Shown here: one piece after another, positions 12,188 to 25,600 of the stretch
How the letters are laid out: each line of letters opens with the position of its first letter
Numbering within the stretch: the first letter of the stretch is position 1
From: Hormiphora californensis
Taxonomy: Eukaryota; Animalia; Ctenophora
Direction: 5' to 3'
Assembly: GCA_020137815.1 (NCBI GenBank)
Contig: CM035352.1
Location: forward strand, 744,001 to 808,000
Length of the DNA stretch: 64,000 nucleotides
Notes under the pieces: model-generated
The model's database searches: none
What the model was told of the DNA's origin: nothing
Seen by the model: only the letters and a program-made list of their open reading frames with translations
Position numbers and translations under genes: made by a program

Positions 12188-13420
12188 CTAGAGTACCCGT
12201 TTGCTGGGAACCCGTGACACTGACCTGGTAAATGGTAATTTATCCTCATATAACCGGTGACATTTGTGTTTGATTTTTAAAAGATAATTTGTTTGTTCCT
12301 CATCCTGAGTCTCATAGTAGGAGCGGTTAGATCAGCACGTACAGAAAGTCGCGCGACGCGCGCCACCCTAATAGTAATCTCAGGTTACTCTCACGGCTTC
12401 ATTTCGCATCCAATCCAAAAGTGACCTTCATAAAACCTGTAGATCTCCTCAAGGAGAAGCGAAAACTTGAGGGACATTTCTTGATTGGATGCGACCTCGA
12501 GGAGCTATGACAATGCGCAAAAATTGACATGTTCCTTGTCTGTCAGCTCTCACACCGGGCCGAAGGCCCGGTGCGAGCTTACGCGAGCCCGAAGGGCGAG
12601 CGTAAGCGAGGCGCTCAAGTGCCGATAGACAGACTGCGTAGCATGGCAACGCAAAAAGGGGTGGCACGCGACTTTAACCACGTGGTGATATAACCGCTCC
12701 TACACATTGGGTTTTTGAAAAAACGGCCATTACAATTTTGGCGAGGCGGGTAAATCATTTACTGTAACGCGCGAATTTTCCCAAAAAAGCGCTGCTTTTT
12801 TACGCCGCGCGTGGAACCTAAAATTACGCGCGCAGTGTAAAATTTTAAAATTCATTGAAAATTTCCTCTCGTTTTATGTCGCCAAAAAAAAGTCGACGAA
12901 AAATTCCAAATTCGTGAATTATAAGAACTCCGGTCAGTTCTCATCTTGCCAATCCGTTTTCCGGGAACCCCTGGCCAAAGGACATTAAAATTCACATACC
13001 GACCAAGTTTCATATCGATTGGATAAGATTTTGGGTGGCTACGGTGAAAAATATCGTATTTTTGGCATTTTTAACTTTCCCGACGCGATTTACGACCCTT
13101 AAACATTGAGTTACGGGAAATCGCTATCAAGTAAAATGAAGTTCAAACGATTCTCTTTCCCCACTATTGCGTTAGTTTTTTGATTTAGAGCCGTTTTCAG
13201 GGCCTTAGAAGCGTTTGAAAAATGTAAGTCTTTTTGTCGCAATGACGTCACCCCGTGACGTCACTGTTGTAAAGATCGGATCAAAAATCTGAGCCCGTAC
13301 TTACACCCGCCTTGGTCCAAAGTACCAGTGTACAAATTTTCAGGGGTCTAGCTCAAAAACTGTAGGAGGAGTAGGGAGAAAACAATTATCGGACTAACAT
13401 TTTGGAAATTATTATATGGA
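12188..13420 (-). mobile_element. Non-autonomous Helitron with nested inverted-repeat element
   Basis: On the minus strand begins A|TCCATATAATAAT (13420) and ends with an imperfect hairpin + CTAG|T (12188). Confidence 0.6.
12317..12703. mobile_element. MITE-like inverted-repeat element
   Basis: GTAGGAGCGGTTAGATCAGCACGT / ACGTGGTGATATAACCGCTCCTAC; internal CCGGGCCGAAGGCCCGG hairpin. Confidence 0.6.
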
Positions 13421-13947
13421 TTTGTAATTGTAATTCAACACAAAAGGATCAACTTCCTCATTCATTTCTTCATAATCGGGTTAAACATTGTTTTGGCTTC
13501 AAGAAATTGAACCAGACAAGTTTTTTATGCAATGCCAGGTTAAAGTTTATACTAATACATATCTGTTTTTAAAAGGGAAACCGGAAAGCGCGTACTTTTG
13601 CTATCAAAAAAGACTGAAAATGAATTGAATGTGAAATAAATTAAATACATTGAACAAGTCTTTTGAATATATGCTCTTTGTTGAAGCCTAAAGGCCAACA
13701 TATATATGTTCAGTTGCTGCTATCTTCTAGACAATGCCTATTAAATAATTATGAATGAAGTCAGCCAATGCTGCTGCGAGAAGTATAGTGCAGTGTACCT
13801 AATTCATAATTGCATTAGGCCAGGGTGAATTCCAAGGCTTCCGTTTTTACACACAACCATACTTTGCCCGTTTTCTTTTGTTTGTCAATTCTCTTCAATA
13901 AACATATGTCTCCAATATATACCCAAATACCTATATTTTAGCACGTG

Positions 13948-15494
13948 ATGGGTTGCTGTGAATTTATTATGAAGGCCATCCTGGTCATAATCAACTCCAT
14001 CGTGATCCTGAGTGGTCTGGCCCTCCTCGTCTCTGGAGGTGTCTACCTGTCCAAGGCCCATGAGTACTTTGATGTTGAGGAGCTGGCTCAGTACAGCTCT
14101 GATATCAAACCCATTGCCATCCCTCTCATGGTGATTGGTGGAATCCTCCTGGTGGTCGGTCTAGTGGGATGTTGTGGGGCGATCAGTGGGAAGCATGGCC
14201 TCCTGAATGTCTACATCATAGTGGTTATCATCACTGTTGTCGTTGAGGTGGCTGTCTGTGTCTACTGTAAGTATTATTAGGATCAGCCTAGTATGCTGTT
14301 AAATAAACATATCGGGGTATAGTCTAATAATAGTGGTCATGTCCAATAATATTTGTCATGACAACATTGATTCAATAATAGTTTTCATGTGTTAATTCAT
14401 TGACTCAACAATAACTCAGGTGTTGTGAAGAAGGATTCCATCCTTGAGGCTAGTGTTGAGGGAGGGGAGTACCTTGTCAATAACGTCAACCATGGTAATG
14501 CAACTGATAATGATATCACTGCTATCAACTCCATCCAATACCTTCTCAGCTGCTGTGGGTGAGTATAATATACCGAGTGGTGTAATGTGGTGTTTAAATC
14601 TTGTCACTTGTGTGGGGCTCTGTGCGGGTCAGTGTAAACCTTGTGTGGGGCTCTGTGCGGGTCAGTGTAAACCTTGTGTGGGGCTCTGTGAGGGTTCGGT
14701 AGATCACCGTGTTGTACATATGTCCCCCTAACGTAGTTGCCGATATAATGATAACGTGGAACGCAGTACGATGTCTAATAGTTACATAGTACTACTGCCT
14801 ATCTTGTTACCTATTGTGTAATCTAACAGTCACGTGTTTTAGAACCACGGGTGAAGAGTCATACACTGGAGGAAGCTTCCCTAAGAGTTGTTGCGATGGC
14901 TACACTTACGAAGATGACACTTCTTCCAAGGTAAGAAACCTGGAACCCTTCATATTTTTCCTACTGTCCTAATACTCCCAACCATCTCTAACCCAATCTT
15001 CCCTAGCTGGACCTTGTCCTAATACTCCCATCCATCTCTAACCCAATCTCCCCCAGCTGGACCTTGTCCTAATACTCCCATCCATCTCTAACCCAATCTC
15101 CCCCTAGCTGGACCTTGTCCTAATACTCCCATCCATCTCTAACCCAATCTCCCCCTAGCTGGACCTTGTCCTAATACTCCCATCCATCTCTAACCCAATC
15201 TCCCTCAGCTGGACCTTGTCCTAATACTCCCATCCATCTCTAACCCAATCTCCCCCAGCTGGACCTTGTCCTAATACTCCCAACCATCTCTAACCCAATC
15301 TCCCTCAGCTGGACCTTGTCGCTACTTGTGGGACTGACGGCACGGTCTACGAACAAGGATGCACTGATGCCTTCACTCAGAACTTCAACAACGTTGGCTT
15401 GGCAATTGGAGTCTTGATCGGAATTATCATTGTGTTTGAGCTGTTCTGTGTCATTGCCGCCTGTGTCAGCAAGAAACATGATATGGTCGCTTAA
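13948..15494 (+). CDS. Tetraspanin
   Basis: Exons 13948-14266, 14420-14558, 14843-14930, 15309-15494; four hydrophobic segments, GCCGA, large-loop CCG, PKSCC and QGC motifs. Confidence 0.93.
14965..15320 (+). repeat. 50/51-bp tandem repeat of the 3' splice site plus first 12 exon nt (7 acceptor copies)
   Basis: Unit CTGGACCTTGTCCTAATACTCCCATCCATCTCTAACCCAATCTCCC(C)YAG; AGs end at 15006, 15056, 15107, 15158, 15208, 15258, 15308. Confidence 0.93.
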
Positions 15495-15860
15495 AGAGTC
15501 GCCCTCCTCAAGAAGAGGGTGTTTTAGAGGCGCTGGATAACCGCAGAATACTGCTCTCTGGTGTTTTGTAATACCTCTCAAGTGCTTTTAGATTATGACC
15601 AAGAAAAGTAGTGACAAAGACACTTCATGTTTTATTGTTTAATCATTAGATAACCAAAAATTATTTTTGTAGCATCCATTATTCACCGAAAGGACTTTTA
15701 TTTTTCCACCTATCCAACCCTATTTTATTAACTTAATCATGTTTTATTTCTAGAAATTGATTTACTTATTTAAAGATCTGTGTTTACATTTGTCTGACCA
15801 CTAAACCCCTGATTACAACTGACCCGACACGTTGTCTAGGTGTAACATTGTAACACTGTA

Positions 15861-18555
15861 ATGTATGGAGAGGAATACGGTCATGCCCGCCCCACCTCTC
15901 TAACTATTAGCTCTAACACAGGTATACATTGTAGAATGTTCTAGATCTTTCTATCTTTTTCCCCACTCTCAATCTCCCTTCCTTTTTTTCTTAATCAGGC
16001 TCTCGCGTGCAGCCCCACCGTAAACGAACTATAACCCCCCCCCCCCCAGATCATGTAATACAGCAGCAAAAACGAAGGCTCGAGAACTGTAGAAAGGTGA
16101 GCTAATTTTCACCTATTATTACACCTTATTATTGCATGTTCTACAGACTGTGATATATCCACAACAGTAACTGTAAAGTACGATGTGGTAGCTAAAGCTA
16201 GTGAAATATCTCCGTGTTGTGTGGGGAACTGTGAAATGTTACTATTTTCCTGCATTGTCCTATGCGATGTTGCTAGAATATGTGACTATGTGCAGCGGGG
16301 TAACACCTGGTGCAGAAGAACTCTCTCTCTCTCACGTTGCTATGTGAGTTGTGACAACACTGTTAGATCACTCTGTGACGTCACTGTGTATGTGAGATCA
16401 CCCGCTGTGTAGTGGGTACTGGTAACGAAGTTACCCCATGCCTTGCTGGCCCTACAAAGGTCGTTAGTTCCAAGTGCGGGTACTGGTTCTGTGTACTGTA
16501 TTGAAGCAGAGTTCTAGTAGAACTAGAATGTGGGTAGAATGATGTAGCATCTCTATTATAATTTGGAGATGAACGTCGTGATGGCCGTTCGTTCAGTGCG
16601 TTTCTACGCGACAGTGCTCCTTCATAAAACACTTCATATGACCAAAGCTGTATAAGCTGTCATTCACACTTTGGAACTTCCAGTGGAAGTTTGTTAATAT
16701 TTTCGAATGACTTTTAACATGTCAGTCCCCATAGTCCCCAATTCAGTTGCCATGGCAACCGTTTTATAGACGTTGAAAGGGGCAAAAAGAACCACCCGGC
16801 GAAGCCGGGTGGGTTATCGAAAAGCCCTTACTTGAGGCGCACCCAATGGGTGCGCTAGTCTATATTATAATTTGGAGATGAACGACGTGGTGGTCGTTCG
16901 TTCAGCGGTATCTAAGCGACAAGCTGCTCCTTCATAAAATACTTTATAGGCACAAAGCTGTAAAGCTGTTACTCACAGTTTTGGAACTTCCAGTGGAAGT
17001 TGATTAATATTTTCGAATGCCTTTTAACATGCCAGTCCCCATAGTTACCAATTCAGTTGCCATGGCAACTGTGTTGAAAGGGGCGAAAAGAACCACCAGG
17101 CGAAGCCGGGTGGGTTATCAAAATGCCCTTACTTGAGTGCACCCAATGGGTGCGCTAGTTTATTATACCAGAGAAGCCTCTCAGAGAACGTACATATATA
17201 TCCCTGTGTATGATACACGTGTAAAATGTGCCAATACCATGTCTCTCTCATTAGGCACTTGAAGATGCGGAGAAGATGTCGAATATTTTGGATTTAGAGA
17301 TATCGGAACTGCAGATAAAACTTCAAGAAAGCCAGGACAACATCACTACTACTGAAAGGGATAGGGCTGCCCTGGTAAGCTGTTAGTAGATATTATCTAC
17401 CCAGGCCATCCCATATACCATGCCATATATACAGGTTAATTGTTAAATCGCAGAAGGATCTCTTTCCTTTGTTTCCTGTGTGTTTGTGTGTCTGCTGTAT
17501 ATTCACACTCAGGAGCTGTTACAGCTGTGTAGATGCTGTAAATTGCACTCGTTTCCTTTCTCTCTCAAACAAAGCTTGTACAGAGAGGGGTACTGGGATA
17601 GTAGCTGTAGGTTGCTCAACCCTCTCTTTCTCTCGCCCTGAATAATACAAGCTGTGTAAACTGTCATCAGTTCAGGCAGTGGAAGGAATGTTGGAATTTG
17701 GGAGAGAAGGGAAAGTGTGATTGAGAAAAAGTAACTCCAGATGTAGCCACTCTTTATCCTAACCAGGTGTAACCAGTGAAACTAAATGTTGAAACCCATC
17801 TTCACAGGACAGGGAGATAGAGAAACAACACAAGGAGAAGGAAGCGGGTAAACTGTTGCTAGACGACATGGCAAGGGAGAAACGGAACTCAGGTATGAGA
17901 CCAATTCATTTCATTTTCCAATTGATGTAATTATCTAATTGATTTCAGATGATTAGAGTTCCTTGCTTCCCGTATTTTCTCTATCTATCAAGGTAACTTT
18001 AATGAAAACTTTTTGATTATATTTCTTCTCAGGGGGATCAAGTCACAGCTACTTCGATTTTGTCTGTTGTAAGCTATACTCCTATAGAATGTACCCCCTA
18101 TATGCTGTGTCTTGTCTTGATTCTTCGTGTTCTTCAATTACTCTCTGTCAACAATCAATGTACCTTGTGTCACGTGATGCCCATATATGGTGTGTTCTTC
18201 AAGACTCACAATCAGTGTACCTTGTCTCCCCTGCATGTGCCATAGCTCTGCCAATAATGAACCTTCTTCTTGCTAGCCAATAGTTTTCATGCAATCTAGT
18301 TCTACATCTCATTTTGTGTCTTCATGACATATTTATTAGTGTTTTCTAATGCCCCCTCTCTGATACCCCCTCTCTCTCTAATACCCCCTCCTTCTCACAG
18401 CGCCAGAGCTAGAGGATGAATTGAGGACTATAAACCTGTCAGACCAATGGGCCTGTCCAACATGCAGTGCCCCCAACCCTCTCACTCAGAGACTCTGTCA
18501 ACAGTGTGGGCACGCTCTGGCTAACATTGAATCATGTGTACTTCTAGCAGACTGA
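15861..18555 (+). CDS. Small coiled-coil + RanBP2/NZF zinc-finger protein, TAB2/TAB3 C-terminus-like
   Basis: Exons 15861-15879 (tentative), 16050-16096, 17255-17374, 17808-17892, 18401-18555 join in frame. QQQKRRLENCRKALEDAEKMSNILDLEISELQ resembles the TAK1-binding coil; QWACPTCSAPNPLTQRLCQQC fits W-x-C-x2-C-x3-N-x6-C-x2-C. Confidence 0.65.
16550..17158 (+). mobile_element. Head-to-tail dimer of a ~300-bp non-autonomous Helitron
   Basis: Units 16550-16858 and 16859-17158; each starts TC and ends with hairpin G(C/T)GCACCCAATGGGTGCGC running into CTAG; flanks A|...|T. Confidence 0.85.
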
Positions 18556-18656
18556 GAGGTAGAACTGCTGCTACACTGGTGTGTAGATAATGACAACTGA
18601 ACTGCCACAGTACTATTGAACTATTGGAGCATGTCCCTAGCATGTCATGGATTGTA

Positions 18657-19292
18657 CAGGGTGTTCATTTTGGATCTTTACAAGCGTCGGTCTTCACCCA
18701 GAAAAAGTTGACAAGATTAGGTTATGAAACTTCATACTTGGACTATTCTATACCCTCATTCAAGGTTCCTGGGGGTTTTGGAGCTCTAGCACCCCGGGAA
18801 GTGTGTTTTTGGCATCAAAACTACCAGAAGGTATTTTTTGCTGATGCTGAGACTTTGCTAAAATGTTTTTTGGGTATTTTCTATGTCAACCTTAAAGTCT
18901 CATGGAAATTGGATGTGTTTTTCGGACTCAAAATTTCGAAAAAAGTGGCTGGAAAGGCTCGAAAACGGCTCATAAACGGCAAAAATTGATTCTTTCCAGT
19001 CACTTTTTACGAAATTTTGGGTCCGAAAAACACATCCAATCTCCATGAAACTTTAGGATTGACATAGAAAATACCCAAAAAACATTTTAGCAAAGTCTCA
19101 GCACCAGTAAAAAATTGCTTCTGGTAGTTTTGATGCCAAAAACACACTTCCCGGGGTGCTAGATCTCCAAAACCCCCAGGAACCTTGAATGAGGGTATAG
19201 AATAGTCCAAGTATGAAGTTTCATAACCTAATCTTGTCAACTTTTTTCTGGGTGAAGCCCGACGCTTGTAAAGATCCAAAATGAACACCGTG
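18657..19292. mobile_element. Palindromic MITE, Tc1/mariner-type (TA target)
   Basis: TA|CAGGGTGTTCATTTTGGATC...GATCCAAAATGAACACCGTG|TA; ~300-bp inverted arms; partial copy at 63551. Confidence 0.88.
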
Positions 19293-19603
19293 TATACTAA
19301 ACAGAGATTCCATGATCAAAGTGAACTCAAACTATTTTCTTATTTAATTTCGTTGAATATCTCTTGAATATCAATATTGTTGAAGTTAAACTTTACAGCC
19401 AGTTTTTACTAAACCACTACTAAACCAGTATTCGTTTTCTCAGACTCGGACAACCCCCACTCTTCTCTATGCCATCACTAATGCCATCACTAATACCATA
19501 AGTGTTCGCTCCCAAGTTTTCCTACTCCCTCCCCACAGCTACGACCCCCAAGTATCACTATTCTCTTATTTATCTCTCTCCCTCACCTGTGTTTGTAGAC
19601 TAG

Positions 19604-22600
19604 ATGGGTGATGAGGGGAAGTTATGTTACTTTGAGTCCCACCTGAAGTATCAGATAATAACACGAGAAGTAACACTACAGAGGAAAAGCAAGAAGTCTG
19701 CCTGGGGAATCAATGTCAGCAATATAATTGCACGGGTAGGTACATTGTTGGTCCCTGACCCCTTGCCTTGCTCGACCCTGTTTGAACAAAACAACCCTGG
19801 TCCTAGTATGGTGGAATACTTGTTCCCAGTTCAATCCCACTTCATTCTACAAAGTATCCCACTTTCAGCTGGATGATGGATTACAGCTCTACCTAGCCAC
19901 TGTACAGAGCCTCGATGAGAAGGGAATTGCGAAGAAGATGGGGCTAAAAGAACATGATCAAATTTTAGAGGTTTGTTTGTATAACACTTCATGTGTTAGA
20001 CAAGGGAGACTAGCCGGGTTTGTTAGTTTAGGGAGACACAATTTTCGAAGTACATTACATCATCATTAGTGGCCCTATTAATTTGTTTGTTTGTATAGGC
20101 TCCTTTTGAGTTTTGTGTCAGTACAGTGAGCGTTTGTCTATCACTTTGAGGGTCTGTGTGTAGTAAAGGGAATCGATAGAAGTTCCAGAGAGAAATCTGA
20201 GAACCCCGGAGAGAGAAAGAGAGGGCCGGGGAAGCAGGTGGCATAAAAGAAAACCATTCTGGTTTTGGGTTTCTAGCTGGCATCAAATATCCATTTTATC
20301 ACACTATAACTTAATTTTTATCGTTTCTACACTCGACCCGGCCCACTCTCTCACAATGGCGTTCTTACTTCTTAGTTACAAGCCCTCATATAATCAATTT
20401 TCATTCCGTACCTATCTGGTACCATACACCTCTCACATTTCACCTAAAAGTCCCGTGAGTACCGTCCCTGTCTCTGCCAGTCTGACAATCTGTCTCTCCT
20501 GTAACAAATCTCTCCTGGTAGCAGTTGTAACAAATAAGATTCAGAAAGGGAATACAGGTGATCATTTTGTTACGATGTTTCATTTAATAACCTATTCACC
20601 CTTTCCCCCAGGCATCATTTCACTAATCAGTCCTGAGAGTAGTGAGCACCGAATAGTGTAAGAGAGAGTGAGCTAGAAGGTATCTGGAGAGGGGAATAGA
20701 GAGATTGAGAGGGCGGATATTGACGGTAGCGTTAGATCCAATAACATGACAATTTAGAGGTCATGTTACCAGTAAATCTATCGACAGTTGTCCTAGCAAC
20801 AAATAATAATAAAGGATCTGGAAAGGGAATAAAGATGATGATTTGCTATGAATTACAATGATTTAGTATGTGACCCAGAACAATACAGTGCACACACACT
20901 GAAATAAATCTCTAAGAAACTTTCCCACTTTGACCTACCTAATCTCTAATAAATTTTCTCACTTTGACCCACCCAATCTCTAAGAAACTTTTCTATTTTG
21001 ACCTCCTAATCTCAAAGAAACTTTCCCATTTTGACCCACCTAATCTCTAAGAAACTTTCCCACTTTGACCTCCTAATCTGTAAGAAACTTTCCCATTTTG
21101 ACCCACCTAATCTCTAAGAAATTTTCTCACTTTGACCCAACCAATCTCCAAGAAAATTCCCCATTTTGACCTCCTAATCTCTAAGAAACTTTCCCATTTT
21201 GACCTCCTAATCTCTAAGAAACTTTCCCACTTTGACCTCCTAATCTCTAAGAAACTTTCCCACTTTGACCTCCTAATCTCTAAGAAACTTTTCCACTTTG
21301 ACCCACCTAATCTCTAAGAACCTTTTCTATTTTGACCTCCTAATCTCTAAGAAACTTTCCCATTTTGACCTCCTAATCTCTAAGAAACTTTCCCATTTTG
21401 ACCCACCTTATCTCTAAGAAACTTTCCCACTTTGACCTCCTAATCTCTAAGAAACTGTCCCACTTTGACCTCCTTATCTCTAAGAAACTTTCCCACTTTG
21501 ACCTCCTTATCTCTAAGAAACTTTCCCATTTTAACCTCCTAATCTCTTAGAGACTTTCCCACTTTGACCTCCTTATCTCTAAGAAACTTTCCCACTTTGA
21601 CCTCCTTATCTCTAAGAAACTGTCCCACGTTGACCTCATAATCTCTAAGAAACTTTCCCACTTTGACCTCCTTATCTCTAAGAAACTTTCCCACTTTGAC
21701 CTCCTTCTCTCTAAGAAACTTTCCCACTTTGACCTCCTTATCTTTAAGAAACTTTCCCACTTTGACCTCCTTATCTCTAAGAAACTTTCCCACTTTGACC
21801 TCCTAATCTCTAAGAAACTTTCCCATTTTAACCTCCTAATCTCTTTGAAACTTTCCCATTTTGACCTTATCTCTTAGAAACTTTCCCACTTTGACATCCT
21901 TATCTCTAAGAAACTTTCCCACTTTGACCTCCTTATCTCTAAGAAACTTTCCCACTTTGACCTCCTTATCTCTAAAAAATTTCCCACTTTGACCTCCTTA
22001 TCTCTAAGAAACTGTCCCACTTTGACCTCCTGATCTCTAAGAAACTTTCCCATTTTAACCTCCTAATCTCTTAGAGACTTTCCCACTTTGACCTCCTTAT
22101 CTCTAAGAAACTTTCCCACTTTGTCCTCCTTATCTCTAAGAAACTGTCCCACTTTGACCTCATAATCTCTAAGAAACTTTCCCACTTTGACCTCCTTATC
22201 TCTAAGAAACTTTCCCACTTTGACATCCTTATCTCTAAGAAACTTTCCCACTTTGACCTCCTTATCTCTAAGAAACTTTCCCACTTTGACCTCCTGATCT
22301 CTAAGAAACTTTCCCACTTTGACCTCCTGATCTCTAAGAAACTTTCCCACTTTGACCTCCTTATCTCTAAGAAACTTTCCCTCTTTGACCTCCTGATCTC
22401 TAAGAAACTTTCCCATTTTAACCTCCTAATCTCTTAGAGACTTTCCCACTTTGACCTCCTTATCTCTAAGAAACTTTGCCACTTTGACCTCCTTATCTCT
22501 AAGAAACTGTCCCACTTTGACCTCATAATCTCTAAGAAACTTTCCCACTTTGACCTCCTTATCTCTAAGAAACTTTCCCACTTTGACCTCCTTATCTCTA

Positions 22601-25600
22601 AGAAACTTTCCCACTTTGACCTCCTTATCTCTAAGGAACTGTCCCACTTTGACCTCATAATCTCTAAGAAACTTTCCCACTTTGACCTCCTTATCTCTAA
22701 GAAACTTTCCCACTTTGACATCCTTATCTCTAAGAAACTTTCCCACTTTGACCTCCTTATCTCTAAGAAACTTTCCCACTTTGACCTCCTGATCTCTAAG
22801 AAACTTTCCCACTTTGACCTCCTGATCTCTAAGAAACTTTCCCACTTTGACCTCCTTATCTCTAAGAAACTTTCCCTCTTTGACCTCCTGATCTCTAAGA
22901 AACTTTCCCATTTTAACCTCCTAATCTCTTAGAGACTTTCCCACTTTGACCTCCTTATCTCTAAGAAACTTTGCCACTTTGACCTCCTTATCTCTAAGAA
23001 ACTGTCCCACTTTGACCTCATAATCTCTAAGAAACTTTCCCACTTTGACCTCCTTATCTCTAAGAAACTTTCCCACTTTGACCTCCTTATCTCTAAGAAA
23101 CTTTCCCACTTTGACCTCCTTATCTCTAAGAAACTGTCCCACTTTGACCTCATAATCTCTAAGAAACTTTCCCACTTTGACCTCCTTATCTCTAAGAAAC
23201 TTTCCCACTTTGACCTCCTGATCTCTAAGAAACTTTCCCATTTTAAGCTCCTAATCTCTTAGAGACTTTCCCACTTTGACCTCCTTATCTCTAAGAAACT
23301 TTCCCACTTTGTCCTCCTTATCTCTAAGAAACTGTCCCACTTTGACCTCATAATCTCTAAGAAACTTTCCCACTTTGACCTCCTTATCTCTAAGAAACTT
23401 TCCCACTTTGACATCCTTATCTCTAAGAAACTTTCCCACTTTGACCTCCTTATCTCTAAGAAATTTTCCCACTTTGACCTCCTGATCTCTAAGAAACTTT
23501 CCCATTTTAACCTCCTAATCTCTTAGAGACTTTCCCACTTTGACCTCCTTATCTCTAAGAAACTTTCCCACTTTGACCTCCTGATCTCTAAGAAACTTTC
23601 CCATTTTAACCTCCTAATCTCTTAGAGACTTTCCCACTTTGACCTCCTTATCTCTAAGATACTTTCCCACTTTGTCCTCCTTATCTCTAAGAAACTGTCC
23701 CACTTTGACCTCATAATCTCTAAGAAACTTTCCCACTTTGACCTCCTTATCTCTAAGAAACTTTCCCACTTTGACATCCTTATCTCTAAGAAACTTTCCC
23801 ACTTTGACCTCCTGATCTCTAAGAAACTTTCCCATTTTAACCTCCTAATCTCTTAGAGACTTTCCCACTTTGACCTCCTTATCTCTAAGAAACTTTCCCA
23901 CTTTGACCTCCTTATCTCTAAGAAACTGTCCCACTTTGACCTCATTTAATCTCTAAGAAACTTTCCCACTTTGACCTCCTTATCTCTAAGAAACTTTCCC
24001 ACTTTGACCTCCTTATCTCTAAGAAACTTTCCCACTTTGACCTCCTTATCTCTAAGAAACTTTCCCACTTTGACCTCCTTATCTCTAAGAAACTTTCCCA
24101 CTTTGACCTCCTAATCTCTAAGAAACTTTCCCATTTTAACCTCCTAATCTCTAAGAAACTTTCCCACTTTGACCTCCTTATCTCTAAGAAACTTTCCCAC
24201 TTTGACCTCCTTATCTCTAAGAAACTTTCTTACTTTGACCTCCTTATCTCTAAGAAACTTTCCCACTTTGACCTCCTTATCTCTAAGAAATTTTCCCACT
24301 TTGACCTCCTAATCTCTAAGAAACTTTCCCACTTTGACCTCCTTATCTCTAAGAAACTTTCCCACTTTGATATCCTGATCTCTAAGAAACTTTCCCATTT
24401 TAACCTTCTAATCTCTTTGAAACTTTCCCATTTTGACCTTATCTCTAAGAAACTTTCCCACTTTCACATCCTTATCTCTAAGAAACTTTCCCACTTTGAC
24501 CTACTAATCTCTAAGAAACTTTCCCACTTTGACCTCATAATCTCTAAGAAACTTTCCCACTTTGACCTCCTTATCTCTAAGAAACTTTCCCATATTGACC
24601 TCCTTATCTCTAAGAAACTTTCCCACTTTGACCTCCTTATCTCTAAGAAACTTTCCCACTTTGACCTCCTTATCTCTAAGAAACTTTCCCATTTTGACCT
24701 CCTTATCTCTAAGAAACTTTCCCACTTTGACCTCCTTATCTCTAAGAAACTTTCCCATTTTGACCTACTTATTTCTAAGAAACTTTCCCACTTTGACCTC
24801 CTTATCTCTAAGAAACTTTCCCATTTTGACCTCCTTATCTCTAAGAAACTTTCCCACTTTGACCTCCTCATCTCTAAGAAACTTTCCCACTTTGACCTCC
24901 TTATCTCTAAGAAACTTTCCCACTTTGACCTCATTATCTCTAAGAAACTTTCCCACTTTGACCTCCTGATCTCTAATAAACTTTCCCATTTTAACCTCCT
25001 AATCTCTTAGAGACTTTCCCACTTTGACCTCCTTATCTCTAAGATACTTTCCCACTTTGTCCTCCTTATCTCTAAGAAACTGTCCCACTTTGACCTCATA
25101 ATCTCTAAGAAACTTTCCCACTTTGACCTCCTTATCTCTAAGAAACTTTCCCACTTTGACATCCTTATCTCTAAGAAACTTTCCCACTTTGACCTCCTGA
25201 TCTCTAAGAAACTTTCCCATTTTAACCTCATAATCTCTTAGAGACTTTCCCACTTTGACCTCCTTATCTCTAAGAAACTTTCCCACTTTGACCTCCTTAT
25301 CTCTAAGAAACTGTCCCACTTTGACCTCATTTAATCTCTAAGAAACTTTCCCACTTTGACCTCCTTATCTCTAAGAAACTTTCCCACTTTGACCTCCTTA
25401 TCTCTAAGAAACTTTCCCACTTTGACCTCCTTATCTCTAAGAAACTTTCCCACTTTGACCTCCTTATCTCTAAGAAACTTTCCCACTTTGACCTCCTAAT
25501 CTCTAAGAAACTTTCCCATTTTAACCTCCTAATCTCTTAGAAACTTTCCCACTTTGACCTCCTTATCTCTAAGAAACTTTCCCACTTTGACCTCCTTATC

